From: Oikopleura dioica
Lineage: Eukaryota; Animalia; Chordata
Assembly: GCA_907165135.1 (NCBI GenBank)
Contig: CAJRAX010000010.1
Span: forward strand, 4,434 to 68,433
DNA: 64,000 nucleotides
Direction: 5' to 3'
Positions 35,846-45,349 of the stretch are shown piece after piece. Under the pieces are notes generated by a model. It searched no databases and was not told the origin of the DNA. It saw only the letters and a program-made list of their open reading frames with translations. Each line of letters opens with the position of its first letter. The stretch's first letter is position 1. The position numbers and the translations under genes were made by a program.

Positions 35846-36965
35846 TGATACCTAATGTGAAAAAAAAATAATATACTGAATCGCCCAATCACGGCCAAAA
35901 TAAAAAACAATGCATGATTTCACAAGCTTACATTAAGTGCTAAAAAATATGGCAAACCAAAAAAAAAAGAAAAAATAAAGGTTTGATGATTAGACTGAGG
36001 GTAATTTCTAGCATGAGAACGCTAGAAAAATTGTTAACAGTATTTGCACGTACGCGTGTGTTCACATATTTCTAGGCACATTAGCCAGCCCTTTTGATAT
36101 CTTACGATTCAAAAGGTTTTATTATTAATCCCTTTTAGGTTTAAAATAATTTACGCATGAATTTATCTCACGATCTTCAAAATCAACCATCCTTACAATA
36201 TTCTTGTTCTTTTCTTTATTCATTTCCTTTCAAAATAAGTTGACTGTACTTGGACGACAAATCTTTTTGGACGCCGTTGGAAGACTCCTTCTTACTGTTG
36301 AGCTTCCCGTAAGGGCTGAACGCTAAGTAGCCGCGGGCAGAATATCCCAAACCGGCAAAAAGCGTTTATAAGCGCTCACAGGTAATCGAACTCGCCGAGG
36401 ACCGGTTACTGCTTTTCTAGGAAACTGACCATTTTCGACATTGCAGTTACACGTGCGCGTGACGCCGACCCGACAAGAACGACAACGACGACATCTACTA
36501 CTACGACAACGACGACGGAAACCCTGCCTGGACCGACAATGGAATTCTGACAACAACAACGACTAATGCCCTGGAATTTGTCGAGACTTGTAATAAAACA
36601 GTGGGTCACATAGTGAGAAAGCTGTTTTATTACAAGTTTTTGGCAAAAAGCGCCACCTATGGCGAATTGATAAAAATAGGAATTTTTCAAAAATATCGTA
36701 ACATATTATATAATTATCTGAAATTGATGTTACGAACACAGATGATGAAAGTTTGCCGATAACGCCTTACGTAAGAAGCCACAATGGCCGAAATGGCCCC
36801 ATTTACGAAAACAATAGAAAAATCCGGAACCAACCGGTTTCCGAAATGGAACTTTTCAAAATTTGAAATTTCAAAAATCATTCTCGATTATCAATAAAAC
36901 CACCACCAGCTTATTTTATTTTTCGTGTTCTTTGCAAGGATTTTAGCAAGCCGCAATTTGTATCA
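35846..36965 (+). repeat. 5' LTR of B
   Basis: 1120 bp, TGATAC...GTATCA; direct repeat of 42971-44123. Confidence 0.96.
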
Positions 36966-38234
36966 GTGATGACCACAGAGACCGAATCCACAGAGGCGAA
37001 GCCGATTATAATGGCAAAAAGTAAGTCAGCTCCATTTCCCGAGGAAATTTTGATGGCCAGTCTGTCCCCTTTATCTGGATCTCAGTTGATTTCACCGTCC
37101 AGTCAGTTGTATCAGTTCCAATTGAATATGAGTATTTTAGAGGATAGGTTGTGTCAATTTAGCGCTCTTTTTGAAAGAAGTCTGAAGGACTTTTCTCGAA
37201 CGGAGGACTCAGATTTAAAGGCTCAATTTGAGCGAAAGCTTTTAAATTGTATTCGTAGTTCTTGCTCTGAAGAATTTCTAGTGCAATATGGCCGGGACTT
37301 AGCCAATGAAACTTGTTACAAAAAGGCTCTTGAGCTTTTGAGGGAGATTTTTCGGGAGGAAAGCGAATCTGACAGAAAAGCGCGAGCGACGGATGAATTC
37401 GAAAATTTGGTCCGAAGGACCGATTTGAATGAAAAATTCGTTTCATTCTTGAGAAGAATTAAATCGCTTGCGCGACAGATTGATAACCGTAAAGACGCGG
37501 TTGATTTTTTGGTCGAAAATAAGTTTAAAAAATTTCTTGAGCCCGCAAATTTGAGTTTTTTACGCGATCATAAAATGCAAAACTCGAGCGCAGAAAAAAT
37601 CGCTGAATTTTTAGACGAACGGGAAAGACATTGTCTTGCCCAAGTTTCAGCGGTTAACACTGATCGAATGAATTCATTTATCGATCAAACTTCGGAAATG
37701 TTGTCTAAGCAATTGGAAGCATTTAATGAGAGTAATAAAAAGAGTCAAGAGGCTCATGAAAAGAAAAATGAGGAACTTTCGAAGGCCCTCAAAGATTTGA
37801 CAGCGACTGTGAACGAATTGAAGTTAGAAAAACAGAAAAATTCTGATAACAATTTTGTCACGAAGCAACCTTTTTCGCGAGAGCAAAATTATCGTCAGGG
37901 CGATTTTAATACTTTCCGAAATCCTCAGAATTTTCGTCAAGCAGGGTTTAGTCCTTCTCCAGGTTACCCTCAAAATTTTCAAAATTTTCAAAATCTAGGA
38001 GCGCCCCGCAACTTTCAGATGCAACAGAGTCGCCCTGTTTTATTTTGTTCTGAATGTGGTAAATTCGGGCACATGAAACGTAATTGCCGATTTATTGAGT
38101 GCCATGGCTGTGGACAAAAAGGACACATTCAACGCTTTTGTCAGAGAAACAATAATTATGGTCAAAATAATAATCGAGATAATAGGAATTTCCCTCCCTT
38201 TTCGCGTGGTTCGGGAAACGTGTACTCGGGTTGA
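36966..38234 (+). CDS. gag: Gag with two CCHC zinc knuckles
   Basis: 422 aa; CSECGKFGHMKRNC and CHGCGQKGHIQRFC; homologous to gag of A (e.g. EFLVQYGRDL vs EFLREYGEDL, FLRDH vs FLRDQ). Confidence 0.93.
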   Translation: MMTTETESTEAKPIIMAKSKSAPFPEEILMASLSPLSGSQLISPSSQLYQFQLNMSILEDRLCQFSALFERSLKDFSRTEDSDLKAQFERKLLNCIRSSCSEEFLVQYGRDLANETCYKKALELLREIFREESESDRKARATDEFENLVRRTDLNEKFVSFLRRIKSLARQIDNRKDAVDFLVENKFKKFLEPANLSFLRDHKMQNSSAEKIAEFLDERERHCLAQVSAVNTDRMNSFIDQTSEMLSKQLEAFNESNKKSQEAHEKKNEELSKALKDLTATVNELKLEKQKNSDNNFVTKQPFSREQNYRQGDFNTFRNPQNFRQAGFSPSPGYPQNFQNFQNLGAPRNFQMQQSRPVLFCSECGKFGHMKRNCRFIECHGCGQKGHIQRFCQRNNNYGQNNNRDNRNFPPFSRGSGNVYSG

Positions 38235-38258
38235 GCTCTGGTCAAGCTTTCAATCCGA
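38213..38258 (+). promoter_or_regulatory. -1 programmed ribosomal frameshift signal (gag-pro) of B
   Basis: G GGA AAC heptamer in gag frame (38213-38219), 6-nt spacer, stem TCGGGTTGA/TCAATCCGA with inner AGCT/AGCT; protease ORF is in the -1 frame. Confidence 0.82.
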
Positions 38259-38815
38259 AAACTTTTGTTAGTTCTGTAAAAAGTTTAGGTCGCCAACATT
38301 TTATTGATGCTCACATTTTTAACAAAAACGTAAAATTGATGATTGATACAGGCTCACAGATAAATCTTATTGGACGTGAGTATGTGCCTGATTCAGAAAA
38401 AATATACAAAAATGATTTAAAAATTTTCGCGTATAATAATACTATTGTTCCTGTTGTTGGATATATATTGACAAATTTAATTATTGATGGACAAAACTGG
38501 GGTCGCGCGCGATTCTATGTTGTTAATGATCGATTGAACTGTATTTTGGGAACTTCTTCAATCGAGGAGCTTGAACTTATTATTAATCTTCATCGCAAGA
38601 GATTGATTAAAGGCGGTGCGATTGAACGATTTGCAAATATTTCTGAAATAACAGTAGAGCCAGACAAGGGTGAAAATGAACAGTTAGAGGGTATTCTTAT
38701 GGATACTATTACTTTAAAACCAAGAACAGAACAATTAGTAGATTTACACGTTCGAAACATAAAAAACTGTCGTCATTATTTTTTGAAAACTCGTGTCTTA
38801 AAAACTGTAAATTAG
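38231..38815 (+). CDS. pol: Aspartic protease part of pol; homology switches to the next frame at ~38761
   Basis: MIDTGSQ catalytic motif; WGRARFYVVND vs WGKSRFYIVND in A. Confidence 0.88.
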   Translation: MSSGQAFNPKTFVSSVKSLGRQHFIDAHIFNKNVKLMIDTGSQINLIGREYVPDSEKIYKNDLKIFAYNNTIVPVVGYILTNLIIDGQNWGRARFYVVNDRLNCILGTSSIEELELIINLHRKRLIKGGAIERFANISEITVEPDKGENEQLEGILMDTITLKPRTEQLVDLHVRNIKNCRHYFLKTRVLKTVN

Positions 38816-41800
38816 AATTTCTCCCCTCCTTGCAAGAAGTCTCGCCTGATTCACCAATTTTTCGCATATTGATTCTTAACATGACGGATTCTTCAATAAA
38901 ACTTGATAAAGGGACAAAACTAGTAGAGCTTTTTGAAGTATGTAAAGTCGGTCAGATTAAAGAGGAAGCAGTTGAAGAAATTCTTCAAAATATAAAAGTT
39001 GGCCCGATTTCGAGTGAAAATAAGCCAAAATTTTTTGATCTTATGAAAGAGTTTTGCTATCTTTTATTAAAAGAAGCAGATTATATACCGGAATGTTCAA
39101 TTGCCGAATTCAATATAGATACCATTGATTCTGTCCCTTCTGTATCTCAGCCATATAGAACAGCCTTTGCGTTACGGCAAACTATGTGGGATATTCTGAA
39201 TAATTATTTGGAGAATAAAGTTATCGAGCCCTGTATATCAGTATGGAATTCTCCATGTTTGTTAGTAAGAAAAAAAGGTGGATCTTGGCGCCTCGTAGTT
39301 GACTACAGAAAATTGAATCAGAATACTCATCAGTTTCATTATCCGCTACCATCGCTTGAAGATTCTATTTCTTATATGCAAAATAGCAAAATATTTAGTG
39401 CATGCGATCTGTATAAGGGATTCCATCAGGTTCGAATTAGCCCGGAGTCTGCTAATAAAACGGCATTTTCAACTGAACACGGCCAATTTAGATTTTTAAG
39501 AATGCCGATGGGTCTAAAAAATTCCCCTTGTTTTTTTATGCTTGTTATGGATAAGGCTCTTGAAAATATCCCAAAGTCAGCTGTCCTAGCTTACATGGAT
39601 GATGTTTGTATTCATAGCGTTTCAGAGGCTGAGCATTTAGTTAATTTAAGAAAATTTTTCATGGCCTTAGCGGCGAATAATTTACGATTAAATGCAAAAA
39701 AATGCAGTTTTTTCGAAAATTCAGTCGATTTTTGTGGATATAACATTGGTAATGGAAAAGTAAAACCATCGAAAGCAAGAATTGAATCGATTAAAAATTT
39801 GAGAGAGCCAAAAAACAAAAATGAGGCAATGTCAATTTTCGGTATGCTAAATTATCATAGAAGATTCATTAAAAATTTTGCTGATAAAGCGAAGGCAATA
39901 ACTAATTCTTATAAAGGTCAATTTTTTTGGGATTCTGAAGCTCAACAAGCATTTGAAAATTTAAAAAAGGAAATAACAGAGAATGCCCTTGAATTATCTA
40001 TAGCGCCTATTGAAGGTGGGAGACTTGTTTTGGAAACGGATGCAAGCCATAGCGGTTATGGGGGTGTTCTTTATCTTTGCGAGGAAAAGAATAACACTGA
40101 TGGCCATTTACATGGGGAACGGTGCCTGCGGCCCGTCGCTTACAATTCGGGTAATTTTACGGAAGCTCAACTTAAATACATAGTTTTGGAAAAGGAAATG
40201 TTAAGTGCAAAATTATCCATGGAGAAATGGTCTGTTTATCTAAAATTCCGGAAATTTGATTTGATTACTGACAACTCCAATCTTAAATATATTCAGTCCT
40301 TTCGTACAAATAATAGTAGATTACAGCGTTGGATTGCGGATATAATGGCATTTGATTTTAGAATCATACTAAAACCGTCGTCTCAAATGAAAATTTCGGA
40401 TTGTTTGTCGCGTTTTACCAAAGTATCGCAGCTAAAAGCTGCGGAATCGAATTTTCTTGATCTTCAGAAACTTGACCCGGATCTCAAACAAATCATTAAT
40501 TTTACAAAGATCGACAGATGGCCAAACGTTCCACCGCCAAAATTACTTCCGTATTTGATTCACCGTCACGATTTTTATTTTCTCGAATCGGGAGAGCTAG
40601 CGATTCGATCAACAGACAAAACCTTTAGGATTTGCGTTCCAGAAATTAAACAAAATGAAATAATTGAGACATATCATAATGATTGCCATGATGGCATTGA
40701 TATAACATATTCCAAAATTATTCGAAAATATTACTGGAAAAATATGAAGGAGACAATTACAGGCTTCATCAAAACGTGTTTTTACTGTCAAACGAGAAAG
40801 CCAAATAATCACCCTAATCGGGCCCCGACGAAAACTTTTGTGACCCCTGAAGGGCCTTATCAAGCGATGGGATTTGACCTTATTGGGCCTCTTAGACCAA
40901 CTGATTTAGGGATGATCTACATTTTTACCGCCGTTGATTTTTTTTCCAAAAAAGTTTATGCTGAGCCCTTAAATTCCAAAAAATCGGATTATTTATTAGG
41001 AAAATTCAAAAATATGATTTTTCGCAATCCAGTCTTTCCGCAATTTTGTTTATTCGATAACGCGCCTGAATTTATTAAAATTAAATCATTTTGTGAGACT
41101 CACAGTATCAAGTTTAATCAATCGCCGCCTCGACATCCATCAACAAATGGAGCCGTCGAAAACATAAACAGAACTCTTAAATCCAGACTTCGAGCCAAAT
41201 GCGATATGATTAATTGGGACCAATGTATAAATGAAGTCCTTCATTCGATAAATAGTTCAATTCACTCAGTTACAAAATTTTCGCCCTTTACGATTGAAAC
41301 GGGGATTAAAAACCCTCAATTTATTAATGATTTGAATTGGCGAAAAAATGAAAATAAAATGGAAATCGATTTTAATGAAATTAAGGCAAGAATTGACCGT
41401 GAGAAACAAGCAAGATGTGAGAAATCGAATAATTTAAATTTTAAGGAATATCAATTGAATGATAAGGTGCTTATCAAAAATTTTCGCTCAAAATTTCCCC
41501 CATTTATCGGTCCTATGACAATTATCGAGAAGCATTTGACAGTATATACCTGTAGAGATGATAAAACTGCAAAAATTTTCAAACGCCATGCTGATGATCT
41601 AAAGATTTTTTATATACGTAGAGAAACAACTGAAAGCTTAGATACTGGTTTAGTTGATCAATCGGAGCCGGCTTCAGCATGTGAAAAAGATTCAGGATTT
41701 TGTGAATTTCTGTTTTCACAAGGATCAATTTTCGAGGATTTTTCTCAATTTGAATGTTTAAAGCCGCATGAGAATGTCGAAGATTCGACGGGCGAATCGA

Positions 41801-42249
41801 TAATAAATGCAGAATTTTCTTATGGCGAAAACAATGATTTAGAAATAATTTCTCGGGCGGAAGAATTATCAAGTGAAAGTGAAAGGCCTGTAGAAAATAA
41901 AACTGACGAAACTTCTGATCAAGTGATTTTAGAGCCTCACTCTTCGGAGAAAATTGAAAGTTCGTTAGAATCGGATTTGGATACTGACACTAATGAGGAT
42001 GAAAATCAAGTGATACAAGGGAATAATCTAAGCCATATTGCTAATGAATCAGATTTAACGGGAGAAATTGATATTGTTGCGGGCAATATTAGGCAAGAAA
42101 GCTTTTCGGACGAAACATCAATGCGGGTTGAGTTAACGGCTTATTCTGATCTTCAGATTACAGAAAATTATCAACCTATCCCTCAAAAGTCAAATAAACG
42201 CAGATACAATTTTTCAAGCGACTCTGATTCAGATATTCGGGAGGACTAA
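38761..42249 (+). CDS. pol: RT-RNase H-integrase part of pol (ORF track start 38830; homology to A extends back to ~38761)
   Basis: YMDD RT, LETDAS RNase H, HNDCH..CFYC, FDLIGP/FDNA/NGAVE integrase, FIGPM; upstream LFFENSCLKNCKLEF matches LFLEKSQLKNSKLEL of A. Confidence 0.93.
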   Translation, partial: KKLSSLFFENSCLKNCKLEFLPSLQEVSPDSPIFRILILNMTDSSIKLDKGTKLVELFEVCKVGQIKEEAVEEILQNIKVGPISSENKPKFFDLMKEFCYLLLKEADYIPECSIAEFNIDTIDSVPSVSQPYRTAFALRQTMWDILNNYLENKVIEPCISVWNSPCLLVRKKGGSWRLVVDYRKLNQNTHQFHYPLPSLEDSISYMQNSKIFSACDLYKGFHQVRISPESANKTAFSTEHGQFRFLRMPMGLKNSPCFFMLVMDKALENIPKSAVLAYMDDVCIHSVSEAEHLVNLRKFFMALAANNLRLNAKKCSFFENSVDFCGYNIGNGKVKPSKARIESIKNLREPKNKNEAMSIFGMLNYHRRFIKNFADKAKAITNSYKGQFFWDSEAQQAFENLKKEITENALELSIAPIEGGRLVLETDASHSGYGGVLYLCEEKNNTDGHLHGERCLRPVAYNSGNFTEAQLKYIVLEKEMLSAKLSMEKWSVYLKFRKFDLITDNSNLKYIQSFRTNNSRLQRWIADIMAFDFRIILKPSSQMKISDCLSRFTKVSQLKAAESNFLDLQKLDPDLKQIINFTKIDRWPNVPPPKLLPYLIHRHDFYFLESGELAIRSTDKTFRICVPEIKQNEIIETYHNDCHDGIDITYSKIIRKYYWKNMKETITGFIKTCFYCQTRKPNNHPNRAPTKTFVTPEGPYQAMGFDLIGPLRPTDLGMIYIFTAVDFFSKKVYAEPLNSKKSDYLLGKFKNMIFRNPVFPQFCLFDNAPEFIKIKSFCETHSIKFNQSPPRHPSTNGAVENINRTLKSRLRAKCDMINWDQCINEVLHSINSSIHSVTKFSPFTIETGIKNPQFINDLNWRKNENKMEIDFNEIKARIDREKQARCEKSNNLNFKEYQLNDKVLIKNFRSKFPPFIGPMTIIEKHLTVYTCRDDKTAKIFKRHADDLKIFYIRRETTESLDTGLVDQSEPASACEKDSGFCEFLFSQGSIFEDFSQFECLKPHENVEDSTGESIINAEFSYGENNDLEIISRAEELSSESERPVENKTDETSDQVILEPHSSEKIESSLESDLDTDTNEDENQVIQGNNLSHIANESDLTGEIDIVAGNIRQESFSDETSMRVELTAYSDLQITENYQPIPQKSNKRRYNFSSDSDSDIRED

Positions 42250-42909
42250 ATTTTAGTTCAAGACCCAATTGTTTTGGCCAAAAAACCAATTTCGGGAAAA
42301 AAATTGGAGCAAGAAACAATCAAAAAGAAATCGGCTTCGTCTTCTCTTCCGGATTTGAATTTTTCAAATTTTTTTCCAAATTTTGACCAAAATAAGGGTG
42401 ATCATGAAATGATTGATTTTGAAGACTTAAAATTAATTGTGATCTTTGAAAACGAACACGAAAATCTTTTTTCTGAAATTGATAAATCATCCATTAATTA
42501 CGATAAAAATACAGTAATCGAAACAGCTTGCGTACTAAAACAGTCAGAATTACCAAAAGATGTAATTCTATTTATTTGTAGACAATTTAAAATAGATCAT
42601 ACGCCGGCTGAAAAAATGGCTGAATTAAATATTCGAATAAGAGATTGGTTAATCGAGAATCAGCCAAATTGGCACAAGGGAAGTTCGGGGGAGTATTTAT
42701 TTCTTTGCAATCTTTTTTTGAGAAGAAATTTCACTCTTTCGGAATTCCGGGCCCCAGAACTTAAATGTCTGGCATCCTTTTATTTATTACCAAAATTAAA
42801 TTTTATTTCAAGATCAGTTTTCTCTGAATACATCAAAAGTTATTTTTCTGAACACTTTCCGAATCAACCATGTAAAAATCGTGATCTTCTTTTTGGCCCA
42901 GACATTTAA
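42250..42909 (+). CDS. Detached C-terminal extension of integrase (tandem SAP/HeH-like repeats), in frame with pol after a single TAA
   Basis: Same frame as pol; PNWHK/PNWRK, PELKCLASFYLLP/PELKTVCAFYDLP and FPNQP/FPNHP match the C-terminus of pol A. Confidence 0.8.
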   Translation: MLVQDPIVLAKKPISGKKLEQETIKKKSASSSLPDLNFSNFFPNFDQNKGDHEMIDFEDLKLIVIFENEHENLFSEIDKSSINYDKNTVIETACVLKQSELPKDVILFICRQFKIDHTPAEKMAELNIRIRDWLIENQPNWHKGSSGEYLFLCNLFLRRNFTLSEFRAPELKCLASFYLLPKLNFISRSVFSEYIKSYFSEHFPNQPCKNRDLLFGPDI

Positions 42910-42970
42910 GTATAGGATTTCCATTTTCAGTATAAAAGAAAAAAAAATATATCCCCTGGCGCGGGCATAG

Positions 42971-44123
42971 TGATACCTAATGTGAAAAAAAAATAATATA
43001 CTGAATCGCCAAATCACGGCCAAAATAAAAAACAATGCATGATTTCACAAGCTTACATTAAGTGCTAATCAAGTTGATTAGGCCTCGTCAAAAATCAAGA
43101 AAAAATATGGCAAACCAAAAAAAATAGAAAAAATAAAGGTTTGATGATTAGACTGAGGGTTATTTCTAGCATGAGAACGCTAGAAAAATTGTTAACAGTA
43201 TTTGCACGTACGCGTGTGTTCACATATTTCTAGGCACATTAGCCAGCCCTTTTGATATCTTACGATTCAAAAGGTTTTATTATTAATCCCTTTTAGGTTT
43301 AAACTAATTTACGCATGAATTTATCTCACGATCTTCATAATCAACCATCCTTACAATATTCTTGTTCTTTTCTTTATTTATTTCCTTTCAAAATAAGTTG
43401 ACTGTACTTGGACGACAAATCTTTTTGGACGCCGTTGGAAGACTCCTTCTTACTGTTGAGCTTCCCGTAAGGGCTGAACGCTAAGTAGCCGCGGGCAGAA
43501 TATCCCAAACCGGCAAAAAGCGTTTATAAGCGCTCACAGGTAATCGAACTCGCCGAGGACCGGTTACTGCTTTTCTAGGAAACTGACCATTTTCGACATT
43601 GCAGTTACACGTGCGCGTGACGCCGACCCGACAAGAACGACAACGACGACATCTACTACTACGACAACGACGACGGAAACCTTGCCTGGACCGACAATGG
43701 AATTCTGACAACAACAACGACTAATGCCCTGGAATTTGTCGAGACTTGTAATAAAACAGTGGGTCACATAGTGAGAAAGCTGTTTTATTACAAGTTTTTG
43801 GCAAAAAGCGCCACCTATGGCGAATTGATAAAAATAGAAATTTTTCAACAAAATCGTAACATATTATATAATTATCTGAAATTGATGTTACGTAAACAGA
43901 TGATGAAAGTTAGCCGATTACGCCTTACGTAAGAAGCCACAATGGCCGAAATGGCCCCATTTACAAAAACAATAGAAAAATCCGGAACCAACCGGTTTCC
44001 GAAATGGAACTTTTCAAAATTTGAAATTTCAAAAATCATTCTCGATTATCAATAAAACCACCACCAGCTTATTTTATTTTTCGTGTTCTTTGCAAGGATT
44101 TTAGCAAGCCGCAATTTGTATCA
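42971..44123 (+). repeat. 3' LTR of B
   Basis: 1153 bp; has 33 bp (43067-43099) absent from the 5' LTR and about 15 substitutions counted by eye. Confidence 0.96.
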
Positions 44124-44341
44124 AACTGTCAATCATCTGAAAACGCCAAAAAATCCATCAGAATTTTAATTAATTTTTTTTTTATTTTTATGAACTGTAA
44201 ATCATCTGAAAACGCCAAAAAACGCATCAGAATTTTTCTTAATTTTTTCGTTTATTTTTATGAACTGTAAATTATCTGAAAACGCCAAAAAACGCATCAG
44301 AATTTTTTTTTATTTTCTTTTTTATTTTTTTGAACTGTAAA
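44124..44341 (+). repeat. Short satellite block (~4 monomers) between B and solo LTR C
   Basis: Same monomer core. Confidence 0.95.
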
Positions 44342-45349
44342 TGATACGAATAGAGGAAAGAACACAAGAAAAAAATGAAAAATTGAATATCCCAGTCACA
44401 TAACTATTTTCGCCAATTAGGTTGATTAGGCATGAATTTCACAGTTTTATGTTCCGACGATTTTTGGAGCCAAATCTCGGATGCTTGCATGAATTCATAA
44501 ATCTCTATTTTTACTTCATAACGTACGCGTTATTTCACAATTCAAAGGCACCTTAGCCATCCGTTTCGGCGGTTCTTTATTTAACTCTTTCTAGTGCTCA
44601 CTACTTCTTTGTTTAATTTATGAATCGAGCTGACTCTTCAATGTCTTCAAACGATGAGGGCAATTCTTCTTGATTATAAAAAATCAACTGGCTTTTTCTA
44701 CTACTACAACGGAGCTGTTGCATGTATTTCATCCTCTAGCTGAGTTCCGCTTTAAGCGGCTTGACAGTGTGACCCCGTGATCCTCGGGATGGCGCTGTCT
44801 GTAAGTGCTCCTAGGTAGGCAAAATTGATTGAACACCTTTCTGGCTCGCTTTAGGAAAGCTGACCACTCTCCTCAAAACCGACAGAATTGCAGCTTCAAC
44901 AATGGCGGCGACTTCTCTGACAACAACGACGACTACGCAATGGACTGACAACGATTACTGGAACTGGCTTTGGAAAAGTATTGATACAAATTCATTAAAT
45001 TTTATCAGAAAGGGATATGGCCACATAGTGGGAAATTGAACTTTCTGATATGATTTATTTCTTGCGACTAATTTCGAAGCAAACGTGGCTGTTTTGGCGA
45101 AATTCGAGCGACAGAAAAACAAGTGCGCGAAAAGCGCTCACCATATTTGGAAAGAAAAACATGGCGCGAAATGCGCCAAATGCCTTATTTGGAAACAATA
45201 GCACCTGCGCGAAATGCGAATTGAAAATTTGAAATTTTGAAAAATCACTCTCTCCGTACCCAAAATAATACAGCCACGTTTTGAAATTTTGGCGTCATTC
45301 TTTGCAAGTATTCTAGCTTAGAGAGCATTTGAGCAGCAAATCGGTATCA
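44342..45349 (+). mobile_element. Solo LTR, family C (related to B)
   Basis: 1008 bp, TGATAC...GTATCA, TSD GTAAA (44337-44341 and 45350-45354); shares ACGTACGCGT, CACATAGTG, AAATTTGAAATTT and TTCTTTGCAAG blocks with LTR B. Confidence 0.9.

Larger units (their letters stand above)
35846..44123 (+). mobile_element. Full-length Ty3/gypsy LTR retrotransposon, family B; probably decaying
   Basis: LTRs 35846-36965 and 42971-44123, 5-bp TSD AACTG (35841-35845 and 44124-44128), gag, pro and pol homologous to family A. Confidence 0.97.

Noticed and set aside
42274-42909. env-like third ORF in B
   Set aside because: No signal peptide or transmembrane segment visible; it is in frame with pol and homologous to the fused C-terminus of pol A
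44902-45039. Apparent conserved LTR peptide (GHIV in A, B and C; WTDN and TN.L.F in B and C)
   Set aside because: GHIV is the translation of the conserved hairpin motif GGYCACATAGTG; B has no start codon in that frame and the frames disagree upstream, so nucleotide-level conservation explains it better
45120-45220. E2F-like GCGCGAAA sites in LTR C and a CENP-B-box-like site in the satellite
   Set aside because: The E2F-like sites are short, near the 3' end of the LTR and not positionally shared by the other LTRs; the satellite does not match the CENP-B core consensus
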